A stretch of 63,998 bases of DNA, filler included, from Stramenopiles sp. TOSAG23-3 (Eukaryota): assembly GCA_900128585.1 (NCBI GenBank). It is 17 parts of 17 records of this genome, joined end to end, with 100 filler letters (N's around TTAATTAATTAA, not from the genome) between each part and the next. Parts side by side here need not be neighbours in the genome. Positions count along the whole stretch, not along the records: positions 18,997 to 22,688 come from LT644117.1; positions 22,789 to 26,479 come from LT644118.1; positions 26,580 to 30,265 come from LT644119.1; positions 30,366 to 34,047 come from LT644121.1; positions 34,148 to 37,829 come from LT644122.1; 12 more parts are not named here. The stretch is one strand, 5' to 3'. A model generated the notes under the pieces. It was not told the origin of the DNA, did not search any database, and worked only from the letters and a program-made list of their open reading frames with translations. Position numbers and translations under genes: made by a program. Below are positions 22,257-34,290 of the stretch, piece after piece; positions within the stretch are counted from its first letter, which is position 1; each line of letters starts with the position of its first letter.

Positions 22257-22788
22257 CTTTGCGAAGAAAGAAGGTATGGGCGAAGACGACGCAGGCTCGG
22301 GCTCGTCAAGGGATGTATGTAGGTATGAGCAAATAACTTTCCCTCCTTTATGAATTTAACGCACTCCTAGCTTTATTTATTCAGTATATTGAGGACCAAA
22401 CCTGTTGCAATTTTTCCTTCTGCTGAATTATACTGATTCTTCTTCTCTTACACTTACTTCTTCTTCCTTCGCTTCGGATGGACCTCCTCCGGGATATGGT
22501 TGTTGATATGATTGATTTTTATTATTATTTTTTTATTGTTATTACTTGGTGTATTTGTTATTTATTATTGTGTACCAAAGTCTTCTAGGTAAGGAAGGTA
22601 CGTACCTTACCAAGTGTACTACTCACTCTACAACAACTACTACAACTAAATTTTCCTTCCTCTCTCCCTTCTTCTCTTCTTTTTTAGTNNNNNNNNNNNN
22701 NNNNNNNNNNNNNNNNNNNNNNNNNNNNNNNNTTAATTAATTAANNNNNNNNNNNNNNNNNNNNNNNNNNNNNNNNNNNNNNNNNNNN

Positions 22789-23273
22789 ATGAACAATAGA
22801 TTAAATTCTTGCTCAGGCTTGTCTTTTACCCCTCTCATTATTGCCGCAACAAATCCCGACACCTCATAAAATGTCTCCACGTTGCATGGAACGTACAGCT
22901 CTTTTGCCGCTCGCTTGATCAGGTATGCCGCAGCTACCCCGCAATCCTTCCTATTTTCTAGAATCAAAGCGTTCAATGTTTTTGGACGCTCGTATTCAAA
23001 TTCTTGAACTTGGTACTTGTCGTGGAGGGGCGGGATTTTGGGGACGCCATGCCAATGAAAACCACGGATCCTTGATAGTTGCCGCAGGGTTTTCAAGAGG
23101 TGAGTCTCTTTCCCCTTTTCCTCCTTCATCTGGGCTTGAGAATACAGCCTGCCTTTATCTTCTAATGCTTGCAATCGCTTCCATTCTGCCAACGCCTTTT
23201 GCGTTTTGTCAGTCATGGGGATTGCAGTGATCCCACCAGGTTGACCCGACAGGCGCTTCTTTGCACGGAACAT
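22789..23273 (-). CDS. Hypothetical protein, 3'-truncated; end resembles the first half of a response-regulator receiver domain
   Basis: LNALILEN-helix-NVETF-helix-FNLLFI pattern, cut by the contig end. Confidence 0.5.
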
Positions 23274-23889
23274 GAATCCAAGAACGGTTTTCCATGTAAA
23301 AGAAAAAACAAACAATACCGTACCAAACTCGAACTTTGTTAGGGAAAGAAAGCTTTTTGACCAACCTGGTTTAAAAGAAAAGTAAAAAGAATTCCTGACG
23401 TATTACCAGGAAAGGGAATTTGAAACGGGGCATTACAAAGTACCAAGCACAAGGTCTACAACGGACACTTCTCTTCTTCTCTTTTTTTCTTAAGTTATTA
23501 TTTATAGGTGTGACGGCTATATTATATATAATAGCAGAATACCAGGTAGAACGACTCCATTACTTTGGACTTTGGATTTGGTAGTAATGGTATTTCCTGT
23601 TAAAATCTTGTTGTTTAACTGGTGGTATGATCCTGTTAGACTACAACATAGTTTTTTAAAAGAAAAAAATAATGTCTTCTTAGTAAATTATTAAGTTAAT
23701 TTTTTTAAAAAATTAAATCTTAATTATATTATATTCGTTATGTTTGGGGAAAGGATACACGATTTCACAATGCATGTTTACACACTTTGACTAAAACTAA
23801 AATGGTAAACGTTCAAAGGTTCACGAGGCCTTCATCCGATACGGCGCGCCCATTTTGGGAACTTCGCAATTTGACCCCCGAAGACGACT

Positions 23890-25953
23890 TTATTGGCCAC
23901 CTTTCTTATGGGCTTGCAAAACTTCAATGGCCTCCGTGGTCTTCTTCTTCAGCTCGCTATTGTCTTCTAGCAAATTCAACAGCTCTGGGGTCGGCATCGC
24001 TTCCAGGAGCATGCCCGTAACCTTCCCTGCCATTGTTGGCCCTGCGATGGCGGTAATTCTGGGGTAAAGCTGTTCGCCAATCATATTCTTCTGGCCTTGG
24101 GGAGATGCCGCGGCAAGAATGGCCGCAGTCAGCTTCGTCGGGCCGGCGGGTGCGGCGGGGGCAGCAGGGGCGTCCTCAGCATCGGGGGCGCTGTCCTTCT
24201 TGTTGCGCTGGCCATTTTGCGAATTGCGGTTGTTCGGCCGCCGGTTCCTTCTCGATTGCTGCTGCTGCTGCTGCTGCATTTGCTGCTGCATCATCATGGA
24301 GGCCTGTGGCTGCATCATCTGGCCGTAGGCCCCGGGGTACCCCCCGCGGGGCATCCCCATGGGCATGGGTTGGCCGCGTCCCATGCCTGCCATGTTCATC
24401 ATTCCTGGCTGCATCATCCCTGGCTGGTACATTTGATACATTTGGTACATTTGGTTCATCGGCATCTGGTTCATCATCATGTTTCTTGGCATTCCCCTTG
24501 GCCCGCCATTTCCACCACTATTTCCCCCTTGGGCAAAGTTGCGTTTCATGTGCTTCTGGCGAGTGCTCTTGGGCTGCGCCAGGGAGACAAAAAGGGTTTT
24601 GCCTTCCAACTCCTTGCCGTTCATTTCCTTGGCCGCCTTGGTGGCTTCCTCTTGGCTGGAGTAGCAGACGAACCCGAAGCCACGGGACTTGCCACTCTTA
24701 TCGGTCATGACGAGGGCAGAGGAGATGGCACCCAGGTCGTTGAACGTTTTCCGAAGAAGGTCGTCGGTCACGGTATCGGCCAAATTTTTAATATACAAAT
24801 TTCTTCCCTGATATTTGTTCAAACGTTCGATGCGCTTGTTCTCTTTGCGCTCCCGAAGCTCGCGCTCCCGGTCCTCCTTCCTCTGCGCTCGGGACACGAC
24901 AAGGTACCGTTTCAAGGGCTCTTCTTTTCCGTCGGCGTCGGCGGCCTCGGCCTCATTCGGGGCTTTCGCGTCGTCTTTCGCCCCTGGGGCTTTCTCCCCT
25001 TCGCCGGCGGCCGCGTCCTCTTTCGCCTGCGGCTGCCTGCGGGACGGCTCGATGATGACCGCATCCGCGGGCAATTCGTATTTACCATTCAGCCCTTCGA
25101 TTGCGGCAAGGGCCTGCTCGTGGGTATCCATGTCGACGAATCCAAACTTTGCTTTATTTCCTTCCTCCGCCTCCCCGCCAATGGTCTTCAAGATCACGCT
25201 GGTCACGGTCCCGAAGTCTTTGAAGATTTCCTTCAGCTTCTCTTCGTCCCATCCCTCTGGAATGTTCTTGACGTACAGGTTGGTCCACTCTAAAGTTTTG
25301 CGCTTGTGCTTTTGGAATTTGGAAACGTAGACTTCCTTGTCGTTGATCTTCATCCCGTTCACGCGCGAGATCGCCTCGGCAGCGCTGCTTTCGTCGTGGT
25401 AATGGACGAAGCCGTACCCCTTCGACTTGCCGGAGCGGTCGGTGGCGACTTTGCAGCTCAAGATATCGCCAAACATACTAAACGTGTCGTGCAGCTGCTT
25501 GTTGTCTATGGACTCGTCCAAGTTCTTGATGAATATGTTGGCCTCGTTCGACTTTCGCATGTGGGGGTTTCGGTTGGACCACATAATGCGGCACGATTTG
25601 CCCTTGATGGGTGAAAAGTTCAGCATGTCTTTTGCCTTCTCGGCGTCGGCGACGGACTGAAAGTTCACGTAGGCGTAACCCATGGACCGCTTGGTGGACA
25701 GGTTCCGGCACACGCGCACCGACATGACCGCGGCAACCTTGCCGAAGTGCTCGAACAGGTGGGATTCCGTGACGTCCTGCGCCAAGTCACCGACGTACAG
25801 CGAAAGGGATTTGTGAAACGCAGTGTTTCCCACGTTCGGGTGCATCGGCGACATGACGAACGGCTGGGCCATTCCACCTGCTGGAATCTGCAACGGTTGG
25901 CCTTGAAAGCCTTGCTGGGGCATCATATTTGCTGGGGGATTTTGTTCGGACAT
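23890..25953 (-). CDS. PABPC: Cytoplasmic polyadenylate-binding protein (4 RRM plus MLLE)
   Basis: SLYVGDL, SMGYAYVNF, SKGYGFVH, SRGFGFVCY; QKNMIGEQLYP...AGKVTGMLLE. Confidence 0.98.
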   Translation of the reverse strand: MSEQNPPANMMPQQGFQGQPLQIPAGGMAQPFVMSPMHPNVGNTAFHKSLSLYVGDLAQDVTESHLFEHFGKVAAVMSVRVCRNLSTKRSMGYAYVNFQSVADAEKAKDMLNFSPIKGKSCRIMWSNRNPHMRKSNEANIFIKNLDESIDNKQLHDTFSMFGDILSCKVATDRSGKSKGYGFVHYHDESSAAEAISRVNGMKINDKEVYVSKFQKHKRKTLEWTNLYVKNIPEGWDEEKLKEIFKDFGTVTSVILKTIGGEAEEGNKAKFGFVDMDTHEQALAAIEGLNGKYELPADAVIIEPSRRQPQAKEDAAAGEGEKAPGAKDDAKAPNEAEAADADGKEEPLKRYLVVSRAQRKEDRERELRERKENKRIERLNKYQGRNLYIKNLADTVTDDLLRKTFNDLGAISSALVMTDKSGKSRGFGFVCYSSQEEATKAAKEMNGKELEGKTLFVSLAQPKSTRQKHMKRNFAQGGNSGGNGGPRGMPRNMMMNQMPMNQMYQMYQMYQPGMMQPGMMNMAGMGRGQPMPMGMPRGGYPGAYGQMMQPQASMMMQQQMQQQQQQQSRRNRRPNNRNSQNGQRNKKDSAPDAEDAPAAPAAPAGPTKLTAAILAAASPQGQKNMIGEQLYPRITAIAGPTMAGKVTGMLLEAMPTPELLNLLEDNSELKKKTTEAIEVLQAHKKGGQ

Positions 25954-26392
25954 CGTAAACTTGAAAACGGTAAGAAGAAGAAGATGTGTTTTAAAGAAAA
26001 AAGAAATAGAAACAAAGGTGAAACAATGATTATTTCTAAAAGTGAAGGAAAAGTTCTACTTGTGAAAAGAAACGTGGACTTGATTCTCATCTGAATGGTC
26101 TAAGTTGTTATTGTTTTAATTTAAATATGAAAGGCAATTTGGAAAGACCTCTTTTTTCTTCTTTTTTCTCTTCCACCTTTCTTCTTTCTAGGTATTATTA
26201 ATTGTAAATTGTAATACATATACACTGACTAGCGCATAGCGCTCCACTCAATTTCTTTTAATTATTATTTTTTTCTTTTTCTTTTAATTATTATTATTAT
26301 TTTTTAGATATTTATTAATACCAAGAAGAAGAAGAAGGTGAATTATCATTGCGGATTAAAATAAAATAAAGCCTTTAAAACTAACGAAGCAC

Positions 26393-26393
<1 letters not shown>

Positions 26394-26432
<39 letters not shown>

Positions 26433-26433
26433 T
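26394..26433 (+). repeat. (TTTC)n microsatellite
   Basis: Direct observation. Confidence 0.9.
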
Positions 26434-26822
26434 TCTTCGCTAAAAAAAGAAGAAGTTAAATTAAGGATATAAAAATTGANNNNNNNNNNNNNNNNNNNNN
26501 NNNNNNNNNNNNNNNNNNNNNNNTTAATTAATTAANNNNNNNNNNNNNNNNNNNNNNNNNNNNNNNNNNNNNNNNNNNNACCACAACAACCCATCGACCG
26601 AACCTTCACACTACCAAAGGTATACTTTTGTATTAAATTATATGTACGTATTTGTAGGTAGGATGACATTTAAAATATATGAATGAGTGAATGAATGAAT
26701 GAATGAAAGAAAGAAGTGCAATTAGGTTTAATTTGGAGAGTGTATATACACAATTAACCGAACGTGCAATTTTCCAAGAGGTTGAATTACTTTGGAAATA
26801 CGTCAAATTGTGGTAAGAGTAA

Positions 26823-29209
26823 ATATGTCTGGCAGCCGTTCATCCAATAGTCGAGAAAAGCGTCAGCGAACGTCCAGGCGCTCGGACAAGGACGAGCGCG
26901 TTCAGGTTCACGCTCGGGTGAGGCCACTTTTAGAGCGAGAAAAAGAGGCGGCGGCGAACTCCCCACCAGTTTACCAAGCCTTGACCGGTACAACTTGCAA
27001 CTTTATCAAGAACCCTGGGGAAGTCAAATCGCTGACGTTCGACACGGTCTTTGAGGAGACTGCAGCTCAGTCGCTGGTGTACGAGAAAGTCGCAAAAAAC
27101 ATTATCGATGGGGTGCTTAGCGGGTACAACGGCACCCTGTTTGCGTATGGACAAACGGGCACAGGCAAAACCCACACGATGATGGGGGAAGACGTCCACG
27201 CGGACTCACGAGGAATCATTCCCCGGGCCCTTGATCATATTTTCGAAGCCGTGGAAGAAAACAGCGATAAATTTACCTACGAATTGAACATGAGCTACGT
27301 TCAGCTCTATTGCGAGCTGTTGCAAGACTTGCTGGAGCCTGACTTTAGCAAGACCTTGACCATTAGGGAAGACACGGAGCAGGGCCGCGGCGTGTTCATC
27401 CAGGGCCTATCGTCGTTCAGCGTTGCCAGCAAAGAGGAGTGCCTGAATTTGCTCCGCATCGGGCAAGAGAACCGGACGGTTGCGGAGACAAACATGAACG
27501 CGCAGTCCTCCCGGAGTCACGCCGCGTTCATGCTTTCCATCGAACGCCGGCCAAAAGCCTCGTTCGACGTTCTCGCCCAGCAGTCAGAGATCGGTGGGGC
27601 AGTGAAACAGTCGGCGCCAAAGAAGACGTTTGCAAAGCTATTCATTGTGGACCTTGCCGGTTCAGAGCGCGTAAAAACTGCGGGGAGCATGCACGGTCAG
27701 CGATTCAGTGAATTGAAGTCGATCAATTTGTCCCTGTCTGCCCTTGGCAACTGCATCAGCGCGCTGGCAGAGAAGAAGCGGCACATTCCCTTTCGTGATT
27801 CAAAGCTGACCCGGTTGCTGCAAGACAGTCTTGGCGGTAACGCACGGACGTCACTGGTCATTAACGTGAACCCGTGCCCTGCTGATGCGCACGAAACCCA
27901 CTCGTCCCTCATGTTCGGCCAGAGGGCCATGGCGGTTCAGACCAGGGCTAAGCGAAACGTTGAAATCGACTACAAAGCGTTGTACGCTACGGTTCAGAGC
28001 GCGCTGGACGAGAAGGACGATGAGATCCATCGATTGCAGATTGAACTGTCCAAGTCCAAGCAGATGGTCGACCGTCTCTTGCAGGACGTCGCTAGCGCAA
28101 GGTCGGCCCAGCAGAGCGCAGAAATGAGGGCGAGTGCCATAAACGCCGTGCAGACGAGCCTTGCAGAAATGTCCATCGGAGGCGGGAAAGGGAGCGGCGG
28201 CGGGGACAGCACGGGCGGCGGCGTCTTTGGCTTGACCTCGTTCGATGACGGAAGCGATGACAATGCCAAACACATGCTCGATGAGATCAATCAAAAGTGG
28301 TCGAGCCAGGTGCAGCAGCTTCAGGAAGCGTTCGAGAAGAAACTGGAAGAGGAGAAAAAACGTGCCGGCGGAATGGTGACCAAAAGTAAAGAGAAGACTG
28401 CGAAGGCGGAAGACATGTGGAACACGATTGAGTACGACCTCCGGGGGGAACGGGAGGAGCATTTGAGGACCTGTCTGCAGCTGAAAGAGTGTCGCATACA
28501 ATTGAATGAGTTAGATAAACAGTCATCGCAGCGACTGAGCGAGTTGACGACAGAAATTACGGAGTTAAAGGAAGATTTGGAGGTTGCCCAGGCGGGTGGA
28601 AAACAGCAAGAAGAGCTCGCGCAAGCGCTGAAAGACTCGACCAAGTCTGTTGCCGCGGTCCGCACCGGCTATCGTCAGAAAGCCCAAGATTTAGAGAAAG
28701 TCTATGGGGAAAAGATTGAGTGGTTGGTTAAGCGTGTCGAGCAGCTTGAGACGCAAAGGCCCGAGTCGAACGGTTCGCGTGCTGGTGCGGCGCCGCCCGC
28801 GCCCCACGCAAGGCAGTCCCGCCGGGGGCTGCCGGTGGGCGGAAAATCTAGTAGCAGCAACGCAAGCAGGCGTCGGGGAAACGTTGGTAGGAGCAAAAGT
28901 GGCATGGGTATGTATAATACGAGGGACTACGGTGCAAAAAGCCGAGTGATGCAGGAGCGTTCTCGAAATGCAAACATGGGGGCCGCGGGAGGAGGCGGCG
29001 CAGGAGCCGCCAAGATGCTGCGCAGTTCTCGGGGGGGCTACGGTACGGATGCACAGAAGAGGCGTGAGACGAAATTTGCTCTAAAGTCCCGCACGAAAAA
29101 GTACGGTGGGGGCAGTCGGTCGAAGAGCAACTCAAGGAGTTACGGGCAGGGAGGTTCATCCGGTGGTGGAAGCATGAGTATTCTTAGCGGAGGGTCTAGA
29201 TTTCGGTGA
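26823..29209 (+). CDS. Kinesin with N-terminal motor, coiled-coil stalk and basic Gly/Ser/Arg tail
   Basis: VHARVRP, FAYGQTGTGKTHT, NAQSSRSH, VDLAGSER, HIPFRDSKLTRLLQDSLGG. Confidence 0.97.
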
Positions 29210-29448
29210 GGTAGTGCACTCTTATTCTTAGTCAAACATTCTCTCAGCAATGCTTATGCTTTACGCTAAGAATTATAAAAAACAAACTATATAGTATGTT
29301 ACGATTGGGAAATTCACGCAACCTGATCTGCTGCTAGTTACAAACGGAAATCTACCAAGCGAGGAGTTCCCGACTACAAGCAGATCGAAGCCACGCCCCC
29401 TACACATGAACAGCTTACCAAACCGAGACCGGCAGTTCCAAAAGTTCA

Positions 29449-30144
29449 TTGCCCACTGCGCCGAAAATCTCCAAAGACTTAGAAGCGCGTTACGGTACTT
29501 CGGGATCGACCGAAAAAGCCTGTCGCAAACGTTTTCGTGAGAGTTGCAACGAGCTGGAACAGTTCGATGGCAAAGCGGTGCGCTCCATCGACATTATAAA
29601 ACGAGCGAGCAGCTCGAAGAAACCTGCGTCGGCGCTCCTTGACTTTGAAGACGGCGATTTGTGGTGGGTCAAAGGACCGTACCTCGATCGAAAGACCCTC
29701 GAATTCCAAGTGAACGTGGACACCATGAAACAGCACATTTTGCGCATGCAAATCAAGAGCGTGGAGGAGGACAAACTGTTTTACCTGTGCGCCCCAAAGT
29801 TCCCTGGATTCCGTCCCTATTCTACGGTGAAGACGTACAACGATGCGATAATGTGGGAACTCGTCAAAGTGTTGGTATTTCGGTTCTCGAAACGAATTCG
29901 GTCCACAACACTGAGTAACATTCTGGTCAACGAGGCAACGAACGAGGTGCTCTCCATCGGCGAAATGGCTGGCGAACGTATTGAGCCACGCGGAAACCGT
30001 CTCATCGATTACCTGTTCACAAAATTACCGAAGAAAAAGGTGTGCGATAGAATCATTGCCTTCATCCGTTCCCACAGGGCGGAGTTCCAGGCGGAGACGG
30101 CGAAGTACCACGTATCGCAATATTTAAGAGTACCAGGCGTATAA
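29449..30144 (+). pseudogene. Start-less ORF resembling a degenerate atypical (PI3/PI4-kinase/HipA-like) kinase fold
   Basis: WVKGPY and FR.....STTLSNILV......VLSIGE; no ATG at the 5' end, in-frame TGA at 29407. Confidence 0.4.
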
Positions 30145-30365
30145 AAAAATAAAAATATTTCAGTATTACTAGAACTAAATCAACGACGAAGACTTAAGGA
30201 AAATAGAGACGCATGAGGGAAGCCTTTACCTGAACAAAACAACGTTGGGGGAACCACTTGTAGAANNNNNNNNNNNNNNNNNNNNNNNNNNNNNNNNNNN
30301 NNNNNNNNNTTAATTAATTAANNNNNNNNNNNNNNNNNNNNNNNNNNNNNNNNNNNNNNNNNNNN

Positions 30366-30560
30366 TAAACAGGTTGTCTTCGTTTCTCCACCTTGGCCAG
30401 AGGTGACCACAACCCCAAACTGTTTGACTTCCCACTGCACCTCGTAGTCATACTGCCCTTGGATCCAGTCAACGGTTACCTGAAGTTTCCCGTCCGGACA
30501 GGCGAGTACCGGTGCTGCAACAATCAGCAGGGTGATCCAAAGTGGGAGAAAAGGGTTCAT
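30366..30560 (-). CDS. N-terminus of a secreted protein, 3'-truncated
   Basis: Signal peptide MNPFLPLWITLLIVAAPVLA followed by CPDG and beta-rich sequence open to the contig end. Confidence 0.65.
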
Positions 30561-31617
30561 TTCGTTTGCTCTTATACTTTGGATTGGGCTGTATACCCTT
30601 GTACGGTTACAAATAAACAGGGGGGCTTGATTGGGCACTCGACGTGCCATGACTACTATTTTTTTATTTTTGACTATTCGTTTTGAAGCCTAAGCCTTTT
30701 CTATCGTATAATAATAAGGTTTTAAAACTTGGAGGTGACTTTACCATGTCTAGCACCTCCTATAAAAAAGAGATAGAAGAAGAAGATTATTGATGACTTT
30801 AAAAAAGTTATTAAGGCTGCTGCTTCAGCCTTCAGCTTCAGGTCAAAAGATTTCATATGAGAGGAGTGGTATTACCAAGTAGTACTACGGTACTACCCAG
30901 ACTCCTGACAAGAATAGATATATTCTATACGTTATTCCCACTGTTCCACTGTTCAGAACATACTCCCCAGCTGTAAACGCCGACATGCCGACAGGGTTCA
31001 AGTAAGCGGGTTTTTGTATCATCAGGTTTTACTGATAACTGATATAAAATAGCTAGGGTGTTAATGTTAATACATGATCATTTAATACAGTATTAATATT
31101 AATACCGTAGCTAAGTAGCCAGCCGCAGGCGAACGAAAACAAAGTTCGAAGAATGAGGTAATGAGTAATGAGTAATGAGAGGTGCGTAAAATATTACCCT
31201 AATTTTAACACTGAAAAAACCGGGCATTATGTAAATAGCAAATAGCAAATAGCTCATAAAATCTCATAATATTTCTTCTTTCTTTCTTCTTCTTTCTTCT
31301 TTTTTTTTTTGTTTTTGTTTTTTTTCTTCGTCGCTCCGCTCGTCGCTCGTCGTTTCTTTTTGAATGAATGAAGGGCAAGAAGGGGCAAGAGTGTGTGTGA
31401 TGAAGGGAATATGGGATAATCTTTTTTATTTGTTTTGTTTTGTTGTATTTGTTTGTTTTTGTGACATTTACTTGAAATTCATACCTTCTATAAAGTGTTT
31501 ACAGGAAGATTTTTTGTTTGTTTGTAAAGAACGAAGTAAAGAAGAAAGTGTTAAGTGAATTGCTACCACGACAGGAGACGCGCAAATCATATATAGTGAC
31601 CGAGTGTTATTCAAAAT

Positions 31618-32019
31618 ATGGCAAAAGAGGATAATGATAATAGCGTTGTGAAGGCGTCTGAGTCTGGCAAGACGGCGAAAGGGGATGCTACGAAAGGGCT
31701 GGAAAATTTGGGTGATATGAAAAAAATGTTGGAGGAGAGCACGAAAGTAGACCCGAAGAAATGCCAAGAAGCGTTGAAGAAATTGGCAGAGGCAAGCCAG
31801 GCGAATATTCAGGAACAGAAGAAACGGGAGAAGGAACTCAAGGCCGTGCAAGTGAAGGACGAAGACGTGGCGTACGTGACCGACCAGTTTTTGTTGAAAA
31901 AGGCTGCGGCCGACAGGCTGCTTCGAGAGCACGGCGGAGACCTCACAAAGACCTTGAAGACCCTGCTGGACCCGGCCGCGAAAACGGAAGCGAACATTCG
32001 TCCGAGCAATTTGTACTGA
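31618..32019 (+). CDS. HYPK: Huntingtin-interacting protein K-like (NatA/NAC-associated, C-terminal UBA)
   Basis: REKELKAVQVKDEDVAYV...AADRLLREHGGDL..TL..L. Confidence 0.85.
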   Translation: MAKEDNDNSVVKASESGKTAKGDATKGLENLGDMKKMLEESTKVDPKKCQEALKKLAEASQANIQEQKKREKELKAVQVKDEDVAYVTDQFLLKKAAADRLLREHGGDLTKTLKTLLDPAAKTEANIRPSNLY

Positions 32020-32275
32020 ATGGACTGTTACGAGAAGTAGAAACATGTGCGGATGTGGACGGAGTAGTGTTGAAACCGTGCGGGGACAGGATGGCCATCA
32101 ACACCCTCTTCAAGATGCTTTTATGTAAATCCTTCTTCAAGAAGCTTTTATGTAAAACCCTCCCTTTCAAATTAAGTTGTATTAAGACTTATTTCTCATC
32201 ACTTCGCATTGTAATTACTTTTTACTTATAACGCCCCCGCCGAACCACCATGCCCCCCCCCCCTCCGTCTTCTCC

Positions 32276-33487
32276 TTACTGGTGGTAGTGCTTCACAATC
32301 CGCCACGCCTCTTGCAGCTCCTTCGCCCCGTCGCTCTTGATGTTGGACACGGCTAGGCCAATGTGGCTACACAAAAGCCGCAACAGGCGCTCGTCGTCTG
32401 CGGTAAAATGGCCCGTCTCGGTCTTCTTGTTCACGACCTCGACCACCCCGGTGACGGTCCCGTCGCTCCCAAAGATGGGCATGGCCAGGACGCTCTTGGT
32501 GGTAAACCCAGTCTGCGCGTCAATGTCGGGGTAAAACCTATCGTCTTTCGAAACGTCCGGGACATTGACGATCTGCTTCGTCATTGCGCACGCACCCACC
32601 AGGCCTTTGTTGGCCGGCACGTATATCTTTGCGTTGTCCTCGGTCATGTTTGGGTTCACCACGGCGTACGAATATATCCGGTCGGTCGCGTCGTCCAACA
32701 GAAACAGGGTCGCCGACTCCGCGTTCAGCATCGTCCCTACCTCCTGGAACACGTTGTGGAACAACATTTCCAAGTGCAACTTTTGCTTCTTCACTTCAGT
32801 CCCACCACTGTCCATGAACAGGAGGGGAAACATTCCGATCAGGCACCCAAGGGCCACCCCGACTGCGCTCCCGTAGTTGTCAGCCCGCTTCGTCCATTTG
32901 TGCTTCATTTGGCCCCGGGTCAATACGGGGGCGCTGAACCCTAGCCGAGCCGATAGTTTTTCCACCGAACTTCCCGCCCAGACCCCGGCAACGTCCGAGA
33001 CGAGGTTCCCGAGCCCGGCCGCTGCCATGGTCGATATCCCGAGGGTAACTCCCATCGTCATGTCAATGTAGTCCCCCGCTATTATCATAATCGCATTGTC
33101 TATAATCCCAAACCCGACGAATGGGATGGAAGACGCCAAGAAGACGCCCTGGAGCTGGGCAAAGGTCGGCGCGCCCGAGTTCGCGGCGCTCTCCAGCTCC
33201 TGGTACATCCGTTCGACGCGCGTAACCGCCGCACCAAGTTCCCCCACACTCACAATTGATTTCGTTTCCTGCACCAACATGGCCGCTATTTTAGGATCTT
33301 CGTCCAACATTTTCTGTATCGAAAGGAACGTCCCCTTGTTCGCACCGCCGGACGACGACATCGGCCGACGCAGTGCCGAACGCTGGCCGTAGCGTGTGCG
33401 GGCCAGCGAAGCCGAACCCAACCTTGGGAACCCTTGAAGGCCTCGGCGTACAAAACTCTTGCAAACACGCTTCACGGCGAAAGACAT
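32276..33487 (-). CDS. TMEM65-family mitochondrial membrane protein fused to a C-terminal GAF domain
   Basis: Arg/Ser-rich presequence; IPFVGFGIIDNAIMIIAGDYID...STMAAAGLGNLVSD...GCLIGMFPL; GAF motifs GLVG...NVPDVSKDDRFYPDIDAQTGFTTKSVLAMPI...VVNK...FTADDE. Confidence 0.92.
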   Translation of the reverse strand: MSFAVKRVCKSFVRRGLQGFPRLGSASLARTRYGQRSALRRPMSSSGGANKGTFLSIQKMLDEDPKIAAMLVQETKSIVSVGELGAAVTRVERMYQELESAANSGAPTFAQLQGVFLASSIPFVGFGIIDNAIMIIAGDYIDMTMGVTLGISTMAAAGLGNLVSDVAGVWAGSSVEKLSARLGFSAPVLTRGQMKHKWTKRADNYGSAVGVALGCLIGMFPLLFMDSGGTEVKKQKLHLEMLFHNVFQEVGTMLNAESATLFLLDDATDRIYSYAVVNPNMTEDNAKIYVPANKGLVGACAMTKQIVNVPDVSKDDRFYPDIDAQTGFTTKSVLAMPIFGSDGTVTGVVEVVNKKTETGHFTADDERLLRLLCSHIGLAVSNIKSDGAKELQEAWRIVKHYHQ

Positions 33488-34290
33488 TGTTGTGATATAT
33501 ACCAGACCAAGACGATTGCACAGTATTTGTGTCAAACGATCAGAGTGGTATTTATATCTGTCATTCATGATGGTTTTGATATTCATCCTTTGGTTTCATT
33601 TGTTTTTATATAGTACAATTCATTCAGTTATTCTCTCTATATATATAGGTTCGTTCATTCAATCGACCTCTCTTTTTTTTCTTTTTTTTCTTCTTTTTTC
33701 TTTCTTTCTCTTTTTTCTCTTTCTTTCTTCTTTCTTCTTTCTCTTTCTTTCTCTTCTTCTTCTTCGCCCAACAACAAAATAATAATAATAATATTAAATA
33801 TTATAATAAATAACACCCCACAAACACAAACAACATAGACACAACAACAAAAATAAAAACAAAAAAAAGAAGAAGAAATAATAATCTATTATTATTATTA
33901 TATCCTCCACGGTAACATGTGCTGTGTAGGTGTTAAAAATATAACAAAAACTATATATAGTTGTTTAATACTATGGGGACCTGGATGTTATGTTTGTGAT
34001 GTTTGTGATGTTTGTGATGTTTCTGATAAACTACAATTTACAATATANNNNNNNNNNNNNNNNNNNNNNNNNNNNNNNNNNNNNNNNNNNNTTAATTAAT
34101 TAANNNNNNNNNNNNNNNNNNNNNNNNNNNNNNNNNNNNNNNNNNNNGCAGTCCGTTATCATTTCACAGAAAGAAAAGTTTCTTCACAAGGGAAACGCAG
34201 AACTTTCGCAGAATACCGTTTACCTACAGTGTTTTAGAAACTTTCGCAGAACGCCGTTCCAGTTTTATAGAAGCTTTCGCGTTGCTGTTT

